A stretch of DNA of 64,000 nt from a virus: positions 32,001-96,000 of the IMG/VR virus record IMGVR_UViG_3300030333_006551; one strand, written 5' to 3'. A model generated the notes under the pieces. It was not told the DNA's origin, searched no databases, and saw only the letters and a program-made list of their open reading frames with translations. The position numbers and the translations under genes are program-made. Below are positions 9,502-16,390 of this stretch, piece by piece. How positions within the stretch are numbered: the first letter of the stretch is position 1; every line of letters begins with the position of its first letter.

Positions 9502-9667
9502 TTTATGTGTACACTCTGACTATAATAAGATCCCAAAGCTACCCTCTACCTAAGGCATCATTCTCAATTTAGAGAGTGGTGTCTTTTTTTATCTCATTCT
9601 CAAATAATCTGATTTGCTCTAAACCATTGTCCCTACGGACTTTAGTTAGAACTTGCATTTACCATAT

Positions 9668-9696
9668 ATTTTATCATGCCAAGTTTAGATAATCAA
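9668..9696 (-). promoter_or_regulatory. sigma70-type promoter firing into the non-coding gap
   Basis: TTGATT-17-TAAAAT on the minus strand. Confidence 0.5.
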
Positions 9697-9788
9697 GAAC
9701 AAAGTCCGATTTATTTAGAACCCGTTGTCGTAAGTCCTTGTCGATTCTACACTTATGGCGGGACGGGCCGCCCCGCGAAGGGGGAAAA

Positions 9789-9986
9789 TCAAGTCTTTTC
9801 TGGGTTTTTTCTAATGGGGGAGCATTGTTCGTCACAATCGTCACACCAGTAGGAATCCAATCTTTGCAGCCAAGAGGCTTTGTCCTCAAATCCGACTTCA
9901 TCGCGAGCACCGAGGGCATTCATAGGGAGGAACATGCTCCACTCTTGGCTCACATTCTCCCCGTTACACTTTTCACATATCCACAT
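9789..9986 (-). CDS. small Zn-ribbon protein
   Basis: CEKC...CDDC; GGGGGA RBS upstream. Confidence 0.6.
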   Translation of the reverse strand: MWICEKCNGENVSQEWSMFLPMNALGARDEVGFEDKASWLQRLDSYWCDDCDEQCSPIRKNPEKT

Positions 9987-9994
9987 GATTCCCC

Positions 9995-10636
9995 CTAGTG
10001 AGATAGGAACTTGACGGTCTTTTGAGTGGTCCAGCATAGCGCACAGTCAGCACAGCTCTTGACCTTTCCAGTTTGCTCAGGGCAAACAAAGTGCTCACCC
10101 TCAAAGGATTCATCCGCAGCGAATAGGTGGTCCGCAGCATACGCTTTGTTCCGAGAGAATCGGATCACACAACGCTCAGAGAATCGGTTGTTGATGAGCC
10201 AGATGCGCTCACCGATGATGCTATCCTCTTCTCTAGCCGTATAGCCAAAGAGAGCCAGCTTGGGATATTCAAGTAGCATCTCTTCCCAGAACTTCACATA
10301 GTCCACAGAAAAGAAATCACCTAGAACATGCAGACGGATCACGATACCGTCCTTGTGCTTTTCCATGAGCTTATCTATCTCACGATGCAGAAAGAGGTCG
10401 ATGTTCTGGATCTTATAACGGTGTGCGAATGGCATGTTATCACCGTAGCAGTCGTTCCAATGATGGCAGGACTCGGGGCAAGTTGTCCTCTCTTCTAGGG
10501 TGAGAGAATATAGACGCTTCCCTGCCCACTTACCACGGGTAATGCGGAATCCTAGCTTTTTGTTGTTTGATCCAGGCTTGAGGAGACCAGTCCTAGGGTC
10601 CCGCAAGCTCTTCTGATATCGGCTCTTAGTCTTCAT
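9995..10636 (-). CDS. Gp88-like phage protein (Cys-rich, radical-SAM-related fold)
   Basis: TCPxxCxxWxxCY, IRLHVLGDF, FGYT, CPEQ...CADCALCW. Confidence 0.8.
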   Translation of the reverse strand: MKTKSRYQKSLRDPRTGLLKPGSNNKKLGFRITRGKWAGKRLYSLTLEERTTCPESCHHWNDCYGDNMPFAHRYKIQNIDLFLHREIDKLMEKHKDGIVIRLHVLGDFFSVDYVKFWEEMLLEYPKLALFGYTAREEDSIIGERIWLINNRFSERCVIRFSRNKAYAADHLFAADESFEGEHFVCPEQTGKVKSCADCALCWTTQKTVKFLSH

Positions 10637-10643
10637 GGCGTAC

Positions 10644-10672
10644 ATTATATCAGGTCATCAGGGGTATTGCAA
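10644..10672 (-). promoter_or_regulatory. sigma70 early promoter (leaderless)
   Basis: TTGCAA-17-TATAAT, 7 nt to ATG. Confidence 0.8.
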
Positions 10673-10767
10673 CACAAAACAGGAAAAACTTTTCGCCGTA
10701 AGTGCTTGTGGATTCTACACTTACACGCGAACGCGCCGCCGCGCAAATGCGATTTGCAAGGATAAAA

Positions 10768-10848
10768 TGGTGGAGGTGCAGGGAATCGAACCCTGGTCCG
10801 AACGAGTGCCGTGTAGGCTCTAGCCCGTCGAAACTCCTTTACACCCCC
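10768..10848 (-). ncRNA. ssrA: minimal tmRNA: tRNA-like domain only, no mRNA-like domain
   Basis: GGGGGTG-TAAAGGAGTTTCGAC...GAC-CAGGGTTCGATTCCCTG-CACCTCC-A-CCA: acceptor stem with G3:U70, stemless D-loop ending TTCGAC, T-arm, encoded CCA. Confidence 0.8.
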
Positions 10849-11190
10849 AAGGTAGGGTGGGCTAGATGTCGCCACCTAGCCAACTGGCCCGAGTTCAGAA
10901 CTCTTGCACCATCACCCCGAAGGGCGGGAGGCCACACTCAGCGGAGTGTTTCCGTTTACCATCTCTTTATAGGTGTGGCCTCCCTGCCTGTTCCCGAAGG
11001 CTACTCGCTTTCTTTTACTTCGTCCCTGATCAAAGGGCGAAGGTGGGGAGGGGGCTAGGCATAAAGTTTGCGATCACCCCTCTCCGAAGGTGGGGAAGGG
11101 GATAGGCTTCTATGGTTTGCATCACCCCTCCCCGAAGGTGGGGAGAGGTAGCAAGACGGTAAACCGCACTTTTACATGCTACCCCTCCCC
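10849..11190 (-). ncRNA. structured RNA / tandem hairpin array upstream of the mini-tmRNA
   Basis: Repeated GGGGAGGGG-loop-CC(C)TCCCC stems joined by ACCTTC linkers; 11-bp loop-loop complementarity. Confidence 0.6.
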
Positions 11191-11196
11191 GATCAC

Positions 11197-11418
11197 TCAG
11201 CTAACCCCTTGGGTAGCCTTGTGGGCAGCCGTAGCTCCCTGATGCCTACCTGTCCACTCATCGGTGGGAAGAAGGCGACGAAGAGACTTGTAAGCCTCAA
11301 GCGCATGGTCAGACTCGTAAGAGCCCTGCTTCCAGAGGTCAGCGAACAGTTCGCCAACTTGAACGGAAAGACCTTGAATTTTGGCCTCCGTGGTGTTGTA
11401 CTCAAAAGATGAGCGCAT
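11197..11418 (-). CDS. hypothetical early protein
   Basis: GAGGA RBS before ATG at 11418; promoter TGGACA-17-TATAAT at 11489-11517. Confidence 0.55.
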   Translation of the reverse strand: MRSSFEYNTTEAKIQGLSVQVGELFADLWKQGSYESDHALEAYKSLRRLLPTDEWTGRHQGATAAHKATQGVS

Positions 11419-11527
11419 AGTGAAATCCTCTTGCAAGAGAGAAACTGAAGTGGGAGTAACTAACACAGACTCCCGATCTGTGAGCCCTATTATACCACGG
11501 GCTAGGTGGATTGTCCAGCGAAAAACG

Positions 11528-11836
11528 CTAGAAATAATACTCATCGGTTCCCATCCCAGCAGAGCCTAGGGCGTCATCATCAGCCCACTCATTGTCCCAC
11601 GGGTCAGACTCAGGCTCCTCCTCACCTCCGAAAACCTCATCTTGGCAGGACTGGCACATACCAGAGATCTGGTACTCCTTGCGGGACACATCATCCCTAA
11701 AGGATGTTGCAATGATGCCTTGGGCATCACAGGTTACACATGTGCCCTCACGGACACAGGTGGCACGGTCCTTGCCGTTGAAGATGATTTCAGAGAGGAG
11801 GGCGTCGATCTGCGGTGCTTTGTATGTCGGTTCCAT
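11528..11836 (-). CDS. Zn-finger early protein with acidic tail
   Basis: CVTC...SGMCQSCQD; leaderless promoter TTGATC-16-TATAAT at 11844-11871. Confidence 0.7.
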   Translation of the reverse strand: MEPTYKAPQIDALLSEIIFNGKDRATCVREGTCVTCDAQGIIATSFRDDVSRKEYQISGMCQSCQDEVFGGEEEPESDPWDNEWADDDALGSAGMGTDEYYF

Positions 11837-12052
11837 GGAGACCATTATACCAGAACACAGGGGCGGATCAAGAGAAATTTTGAGAAACTTTTTGGCCTAA
11901 GTCCTTGTCGATTCTACACTTACGGAGGTTGCCGCCGTCGCCCAATCGGCCAATAGAGGCCAACTGAGGGGGGTTATTAGCTGATTCGAGCGTCTAACCA
12001 CATGAAAAGGAGCCCCATGCAGTAGACGAAGAGGATGAACCAGTAGGGACCT

Positions 12053-12382
12053 TCAAGCATTTCCGCGCATCTCTCTACCTTCTTCGGTGAGGGAGAACTT
12101 GAACTCCTCATCCTCGTCACACCAAGACATCTGCATAATGCCATCGTCCACCAGTTGAGAGAGGGTGAGGTCGATCTGGTGACTACCTGCCCTCTCTGTA
12201 ACTTCAGAGAGAAGCTGCTGAGAGCCTTCAGGGAAATCACGCAGAGCCATACGAGCAGCCCATTCGGAAAGCTCTCCAAGCTGGCCCGTGTAGGGCTGGC
12301 CCTCGATGTTCCACTTCTTCATCTCATCCGTGACGGGAGGATGATCGGGGATGGTGATGTATTCAGGTGTTTCAGGAAACAT
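12053..12382 (-). CDS. hypothetical early protein (possible winged helix C-terminus)
   Basis: LSQLVDDGIMQ...FSLTEEG. Confidence 0.55.
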   Translation of the reverse strand: MFPETPEYITIPDHPPVTDEMKKWNIEGQPYTGQLGELSEWAARMALRDFPEGSQQLLSEVTERAGSHQIDLTLSQLVDDGIMQMSWCDEDEEFKFSLTEEGREMRGNA

Positions 12383-12587
12383 AGGGAGGCTCCTCCATGT
12401 ATGAGAATTCTTTTTTGAGTTCGATCAGTTCGACAGCCTCAGCCACCTCAGCAGCGCAGAAGCCATCCCAGTACATCTCTGTCGCCAGAGGGCCATGCTC
12501 CACCATGTCGATACCAATCGACTGGCAGATGCGTTGAAACTCAGAGAGCTTCATTTCGAGGAAAGTATCCATCAGGAAAGACTCCAT
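12372..12587 (-). CDS. hypothetical early protein
   Basis: Overlapping operon arrangement. Confidence 0.5.
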   Translation of the reverse strand: MESFLMDTFLEMKLSEFQRICQSIGIDMVEHGPLATEMYWDGFCAAEVAEAVELIELKKEFSYMEEPPYVS

Positions 12588-12763
12588 TCAGGGGTTGCGT
12601 TGTTTGCGTCAGCTTCCAGCTTCTCAGCCAGCTCCTCAGCGTAAAAGGTTTCGAGGTACTGCCTAGCCACCTTCTCAGGGTCAGGGCAGGGGAGGTTATT
12701 GTGATTGGTGGAAGTAAGGACACCGCAGAGATGCCAAGCGAACACATTGTCCGACAGTTCCAT
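12572..12763 (-). CDS. hypothetical early protein
   Basis: MELSDNVFAWHLCG... Confidence 0.5.
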   Translation of the reverse strand: MELSDNVFAWHLCGVLTSTNHNNLPCPDPEKVARQYLETFYAEELAEKLEADANNATPEWSLS

Positions 12764-12780
12764 AGCGAGATTGAAGTAGC

Positions 12781-12924
12781 TCAAGCTACGACCTCGAAAG
12801 GGATGTCCCACACTCCGATAAGACCACGGAAGTAGGAGAGGAAGGAGGTAAGCTCAGACGCATCGCAGCGCACAAGCTCGTCACCCGTGTAGGGATTCTT
12901 GAGGAGGTATTGAGTTGCTTTCAT
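12781..12924 (-). CDS. small early protein (47 aa, leaderless)
   Basis: ATG 7 nt after TATAAT of promoter TGGACA-16-TATAAT (12932-12959). Confidence 0.6.
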   Translation of the reverse strand: MKATQYLLKNPYTGDELVRCDASELTSFLSYFRGLIGVWDIPFEVVA

Positions 12925-12973
12925 GGTGTCCATTATATCAGGTTTTTGGGAAATGTCCAGAACTTTCTGGGAT

Positions 12974-13099
12974 TTATTTGCTCGCGTCGTAGCAGGGCTG
13001 GCAGATGAGGAGAGCCCACACTAGGCTATCGACCATGTGGGAGAGGGGGAATCGTCGGTCACAGCAGATACAGCGGACCATGTTGTCTTTGTCGCTCAT
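12974..13099 (-). CDS. small Zn-finger protein (41 aa)
   Basis: MSDKDNMVRCICC...ICQPCYDASK. Confidence 0.5.
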   Translation of the reverse strand: MSDKDNMVRCICCDRRFPLSHMVDSLVWALLICQPCYDASK

Positions 13100-13243
13100 A
13101 CATGTATAAGGGGCAAAACTCGGCAAACCGAAGGTGATTTCTCTGATTTCTTTTGGGTAATCCTAAGGTTTTTTTCGACCTAAGTGCTTGTCGATTCTAC
13201 ACTTACAGCGGGAGCTGCCGCCCCGCAAAATGCGGCTGTCAAC

Positions 13244-13611
13244 AAAAAAACCCCTCGTTCGCAACCTTTTCTTTCCATGGATAAGTGCGTAGAAAAGAAG
13301 CGGGGCGAACCAGGGGCGAGAGGAAAAGGGAGAGAGAGGGACAGGGCTTAATGTATTACCTGCAAGGCTCCATGTTACTGGTTCTGATCACCTACGACAA
13401 ACGGCTATTGCCTTGACCATACCTCACGGATTTCCGCATCGGGTTCTGGCCTGTCTGCACTAGAGAGCAACAAAACTCTTATTATGCGACCCGCATCAGG
13501 ATGCCTCCCGATGCCTCTCCGAATTTCCAACCCCCTGAGAAGGATATCACTCCTCAGAGGCGCTCTGGGCCTAATGTCTATTTATACTCGCCCAGACGAG
13601 TGCCTAGCGTC
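13244..13611 (-). ncRNA. candidate structured ncRNA ending in a terminator-like hairpin + U-tract
   Basis: ORF-free ~370 nt with several nested stems. Confidence 0.45.
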
Positions 13612-13830
13612 CTAGGCAGTTAGGTAACGGTGATTACCCTTCGCCACATACTGGCGAGAACGCTTGTACTTGCGGTTCCAAGCGGACTTGGCTCCAGCAA
13701 GGGTGCCAACGAAGCTGTTGCTCCGTGTCGAGAGGTCGAAGATGGTGTAGACAGCGTTGCTGTCCGAACCAACCCGAACCATGACCGCGCTCTGGTTTGA
13801 GCGCACGATAGAAGTGATGTTGTTGAGCAT
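13612..13830 (-). CDS. hypothetical early protein
   Basis: AGGAGA RBS; promoter TTGACC-17-TATAAT at 13869-13897. Confidence 0.65.
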   Translation of the reverse strand: MLNNITSIVRSNQSAVMVRVGSDSNAVYTIFDLSTRSNSFVGTLAGAKSAWNRKYKRSRQYVAKGNHRYLTA

Positions 13831-13893
13831 TTGCTCTCCTAGTAAGGGGTTTCGTTGAATGAGGGGCCATTATACCATGACCCCCCATGAAGG

Positions 13894-14286
13894 TCAAGCC
13901 TCAAGTGCGAGAAAAACATCTTCCTCGCTGATTTCCTTTCCGCTTGCAATATCCGAAGTGAGAGTAGACAAGGCAGCACGAAGCGCAGCCTTACGAGCCT
14001 TAGACACAGCGATCACCTTCTCAGCGTTAGCCTTCGCATTCTCAATAGATGCGATACGGGCCTCCGCCTTGGCGATGCGGGTGTCGAAGTTCTGCGGACC
14101 CTTAGAGAATCCTTTACGAGCCATAAGCTCGACCTTCTCAACCTCCTTGATCTCCTGAAGGAGAGGGGTGAGAAGCGGGTTAGATTTGGCCTCAGTCTCG
14201 GCCTGTTTGGCTTGCAGCTTGGCAAGCCGCGCCTCTGTCTCAGCGATAAGCTGATCGGGCGTTTTGCGTTTACGGGTTTCGTTCAT
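13894..14286 (-). CDS. coiled-coil early protein (leaderless)
   Basis: Ala/Lys/Glu heptads; promoter TTGATC-16-TATAAT at 14294-14321. Confidence 0.7.
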   Translation of the reverse strand: MNETRKRKTPDQLIAETEARLAKLQAKQAETEAKSNPLLTPLLQEIKEVEKVELMARKGFSKGPQNFDTRIAKAEARIASIENAKANAEKVIAVSKARKAALRAALSTLTSDIASGKEISEEDVFLALEA

Positions 14287-14410
14287 GTGGAGCATTATAT
14301 CATAATCTGGAACGAGATCAAGACCTAATCCAAAGAAATATCGGTCCTAACCCCTTGTGGATTCTACACTTACGGCCAGCCGCGCCGCCCACCCAAATGC
14401 GACATGCAAG

Positions 14411-14474
14411 AAAAAAAGGGGAGAGGATTGATGAAAGGTAGAGCCAGTAGCCTAACCTGAGGCCCCCTCCCCCC
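14411..14474 (-). terminator. large-loop GC hairpin followed by T7
   Basis: GGGGAGGGG...CCTCTCCCC-TTTTTTT on the minus strand. Confidence 0.5.
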
Positions 14475-14479
14475 GAATG

Positions 14480-14803
14480 CTATGCCTCCATCGTGTTCCA
14501 CTCATCGTGGAGGTGGGAGTTCACGCAGATATCACGCTCGATACCTAGGCCCATGGGGAGACTGAGAGACTGAAGCTCAGAGAGGCTGAAGTAGCCCCAC
14601 TCTGCGCCACCGAAGCCCAGATCCACACGACCGAAGAAGAGCCAATCGCCCTCTGCATTCTCGGAGCCTTCGTAGACTTCCCAAGTGCCCACACCTACAG
14701 GGTTGAAGAACTTGACCACGATCTCTTTCTGATCGGTGGGGATGTCTTCGGTGGAGTAGAGAGGGGGAAGAGCCTTCTTGATTTTGTCTGTGAGTAGTTG
14801 CAT
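14480..14803 (-). CDS. DUF2958-family protein
   Basis: LPPLYSTE...VVKFFNPVGVGTW...FFG.VDLG...EWGYFSLSEL...GLGIERD. Confidence 0.85.
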   Translation of the reverse strand: MQLLTDKIKKALPPLYSTEDIPTDQKEIVVKFFNPVGVGTWEVYEGSENAEGDWLFFGRVDLGFGGAEWGYFSLSELQSLSLPMGLGIERDICVNSHLHDEWNTMEA

Positions 14804-14894
14804 TAGAGAATACCTATAAGGGTGAGAATTGCGCCACTTGTGATGGCAAGAAAGAAAATTGCGCCTTCGATGGCGTCTCGTCTTGATCGGGTCA

Positions 14895-15104
14895 TTATCC
14901 GCGCTCCTTGTCGTTCCAGAAGTCTGCCCAGATCTCGCGCTCTTCACGCGCAAGCTCATCGCTGAGGTGCTGATACCAATCATCGTAGTCAGCATCTCCC
15001 ATCTCGGACTCGTCAGCCATGGCCTCTAGGACTTCGCGCTCCTCACGCACATCGTCCACCATGTCTCCTAGGATCTCGTTCCATTCTGTGCTGTGCTTGA
15101 TCAT
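14895..15104 (-). CDS. acidic early protein (leaderless)
   Basis: Promoter TTGCAG-17-TATAAT (15111-15139), 6 nt to ATG. Confidence 0.65.
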   Translation of the reverse strand: MIKHSTEWNEILGDMVDDVREEREVLEAMADESEMGDADYDDWYQHLSDELAREEREIWADFWNDKERG

Positions 15105-15128
15105 GGGTGTATTATACCTTGTTTGGAG

Positions 15129-15368
15129 TCAGTCTGCAAGAAATTTCTTGCGAATTTGGATAGCTCCACGGTGGTCCTGCCACTCACGCAGCAGTTCGTT
15201 CACCGTGATATCTTTGTCGAAGTGGATATCTTCCCAGACTCCACCTTCCACCTGCATTATCTCATGAGCAGAGGCTAGAGCCCCTGCATAGGTCATATGG
15301 AGGGTCTGAACCAGAACACCTTCATAGTCCTCACGAAGCTCAACAGTGTAGATTTCTCTGTTTTCCAT
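15129..15368 (-). CDS. hypothetical early protein (leaderless)
   Basis: Promoter TTGCCT-17-TATAAT (15375-15403), 6 nt to ATG. Confidence 0.65.
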   Translation of the reverse strand: MENREIYTVELREDYEGVLVQTLHMTYAGALASAHEIMQVEGGVWEDIHFDKDITVNELLREWQDHRGAIQIRKKFLAD

Positions 15369-15540
15369 GCGTGTATTATATCAGGACTAGGCCCTAGAGG
15401 CAAGTACAAAGCATGATTTATATTGAGACATCCTAAGCACTAGGAATACCCAATGTTTGGCGGAGGATTTCGCAAAGGACTATAGGATTCCCCATTTGCG
15501 CCACCCGTATACATCGTACAAGTATTTCTAAGTTAACACT

Positions 15541-15614
15541 AAAAAAATTTTCAAAAAAAATTTTCAAAAAAATTGGACTTAGTTTTTGGGACTCCTAATT
15601 TGTTGGGACTCCTA
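15541..15614. repeat. tandem A7-8/T4 tracts and duplicated TGGGACTCCTA at the strand-switch point
   Basis: aaaaaaattttc aaaaaaaattttc aaaaaaatt ... tgggactccta x2. Confidence 0.8.
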
Positions 15615-15623
15615 TATAACTAT

Positions 15624-15998
15624 ATGAAAGCATACGAAAAAATTTATAGGTTTTTAACGGAAGACACCCCATCTAAAACTGAGGTTTCTGTTAAGAAGGC
15701 TTTAGGTTGGAAAACAAGACCTGAAGATGATCCCAACATCGATCCAGGTACAAAAAGAGTTAGAATTCGAAAACGCAAGAAACAAAGACTTGGATCTATT
15801 CTAGCTACGGGGGGCGTAAAAAGACTTGCAAGAAAGGCTAAGAGTTCAGTTTACACTGATACTGAAGCAGAAGCAGTAGAGCACATGCTTAAACATAAAA
15901 AGGAACAAGGAAAAAAACGAAAGGCAGAAAAAGCAGAGGCTTTCGCGCGAACGAAAGCATTTACGTCTGGATCTTATCCACAACAAAGAGGTAAGTAA
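15624..15998 (+). CDS. basic protein, YExIYxxLTE-leader family
   Basis: MKAYEKIYRFLTE; K/R-rich; CTATATA upstream. Confidence 0.7.
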   Translation: MKAYEKIYRFLTEDTPSKTEVSVKKALGWKTRPEDDPNIDPGTKRVRIRKRKKQRLGSILATGGVKRLARKAKSSVYTDTEAEAVEHMLKHKKEQGKKRKAEKAEAFARTKAFTSGSYPQQRGK

Positions 15999-16390
15999 TG
16001 AACGCATACGAAAGAATTTATACATTGTTAACAGAAGCTAAAAGCCCAGCTTCTCATGGCGCAGATGTCTTTCATAAGAAGCTAGGTAATGCTGGTCCTG
16101 GAGAGACCAAAAGAGCCGAGGCTGCTCTTAAAGCCAGCAAGGAAGCAACGGAGCGAAGAAGAAAAAGACAGGAAGCAGTTAAGTTTAAAAGAGGTCAAAA
16201 GATCTTTGGAAAGTACAAAGGATTTGTTCCTGGCACACCTGAAAGTAGACCTACTGCTGCATCAGAACCAACGAAACCTCGTATTAAGGGAGGGCATCAA
16301 GATTGGAGTTATAAAACCACTACGACCAAAGGTGGGGAAAAAATTAAGTGGAAGAGGCTTGGAAATAGTGGTCAATGGATTAGAGCATGA
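15998..16390 (+). CDS. basic protein, YExIYxxLTE-leader family
   Basis: MNAYERIYTLLTE. Confidence 0.7.
   Translation: MNAYERIYTLLTEAKSPASHGADVFHKKLGNAGPGETKRAEAALKASKEATERRRKRQEAVKFKRGQKIFGKYKGFVPGTPESRPTAASEPTKPRIKGGHQDWSYKTTTTKGGEKIKWKRLGNSGQWIRA

Larger units (their letters stand above)
9731..14372. repeat. five dispersed copies of 25-bp imperfect palindrome TAAGT(C/G)CTTGT(C/G)GATTCTACACTTA with GC-rich flank
   Basis: Copies at 9731, 10699, 11898, 13181 and 14348 (the last begins TAACC), all in the same orientation. Confidence 0.95.

Noticed and set aside
10768-10848. Ordinary tRNA, or permuted two-piece tmRNA
   Set aside because: There is no D-stem or canonical 7-nt anticodon loop, and the 5' acceptor strand precedes the CCA end in normal order.
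10635-11105. ORF-track ORFs over the RNA cluster
   Set aside because: No RBS or recognisable motifs; better explained as chance frames in GC-rich structured RNA.
11039-11190. CRISPR array
   Set aside because: Only about three degenerate units, the stems enclose the variable parts, and there is no cas operon; the nuclease at 41.4 kb is a common stand-alone phage gene.
9731-14372. 25-bp repeats as CRISPR repeats or IS ends
   Set aside because: They are separated by ~1.2 kb of genes, all in direct orientation, with no transposase or integrase in the window.
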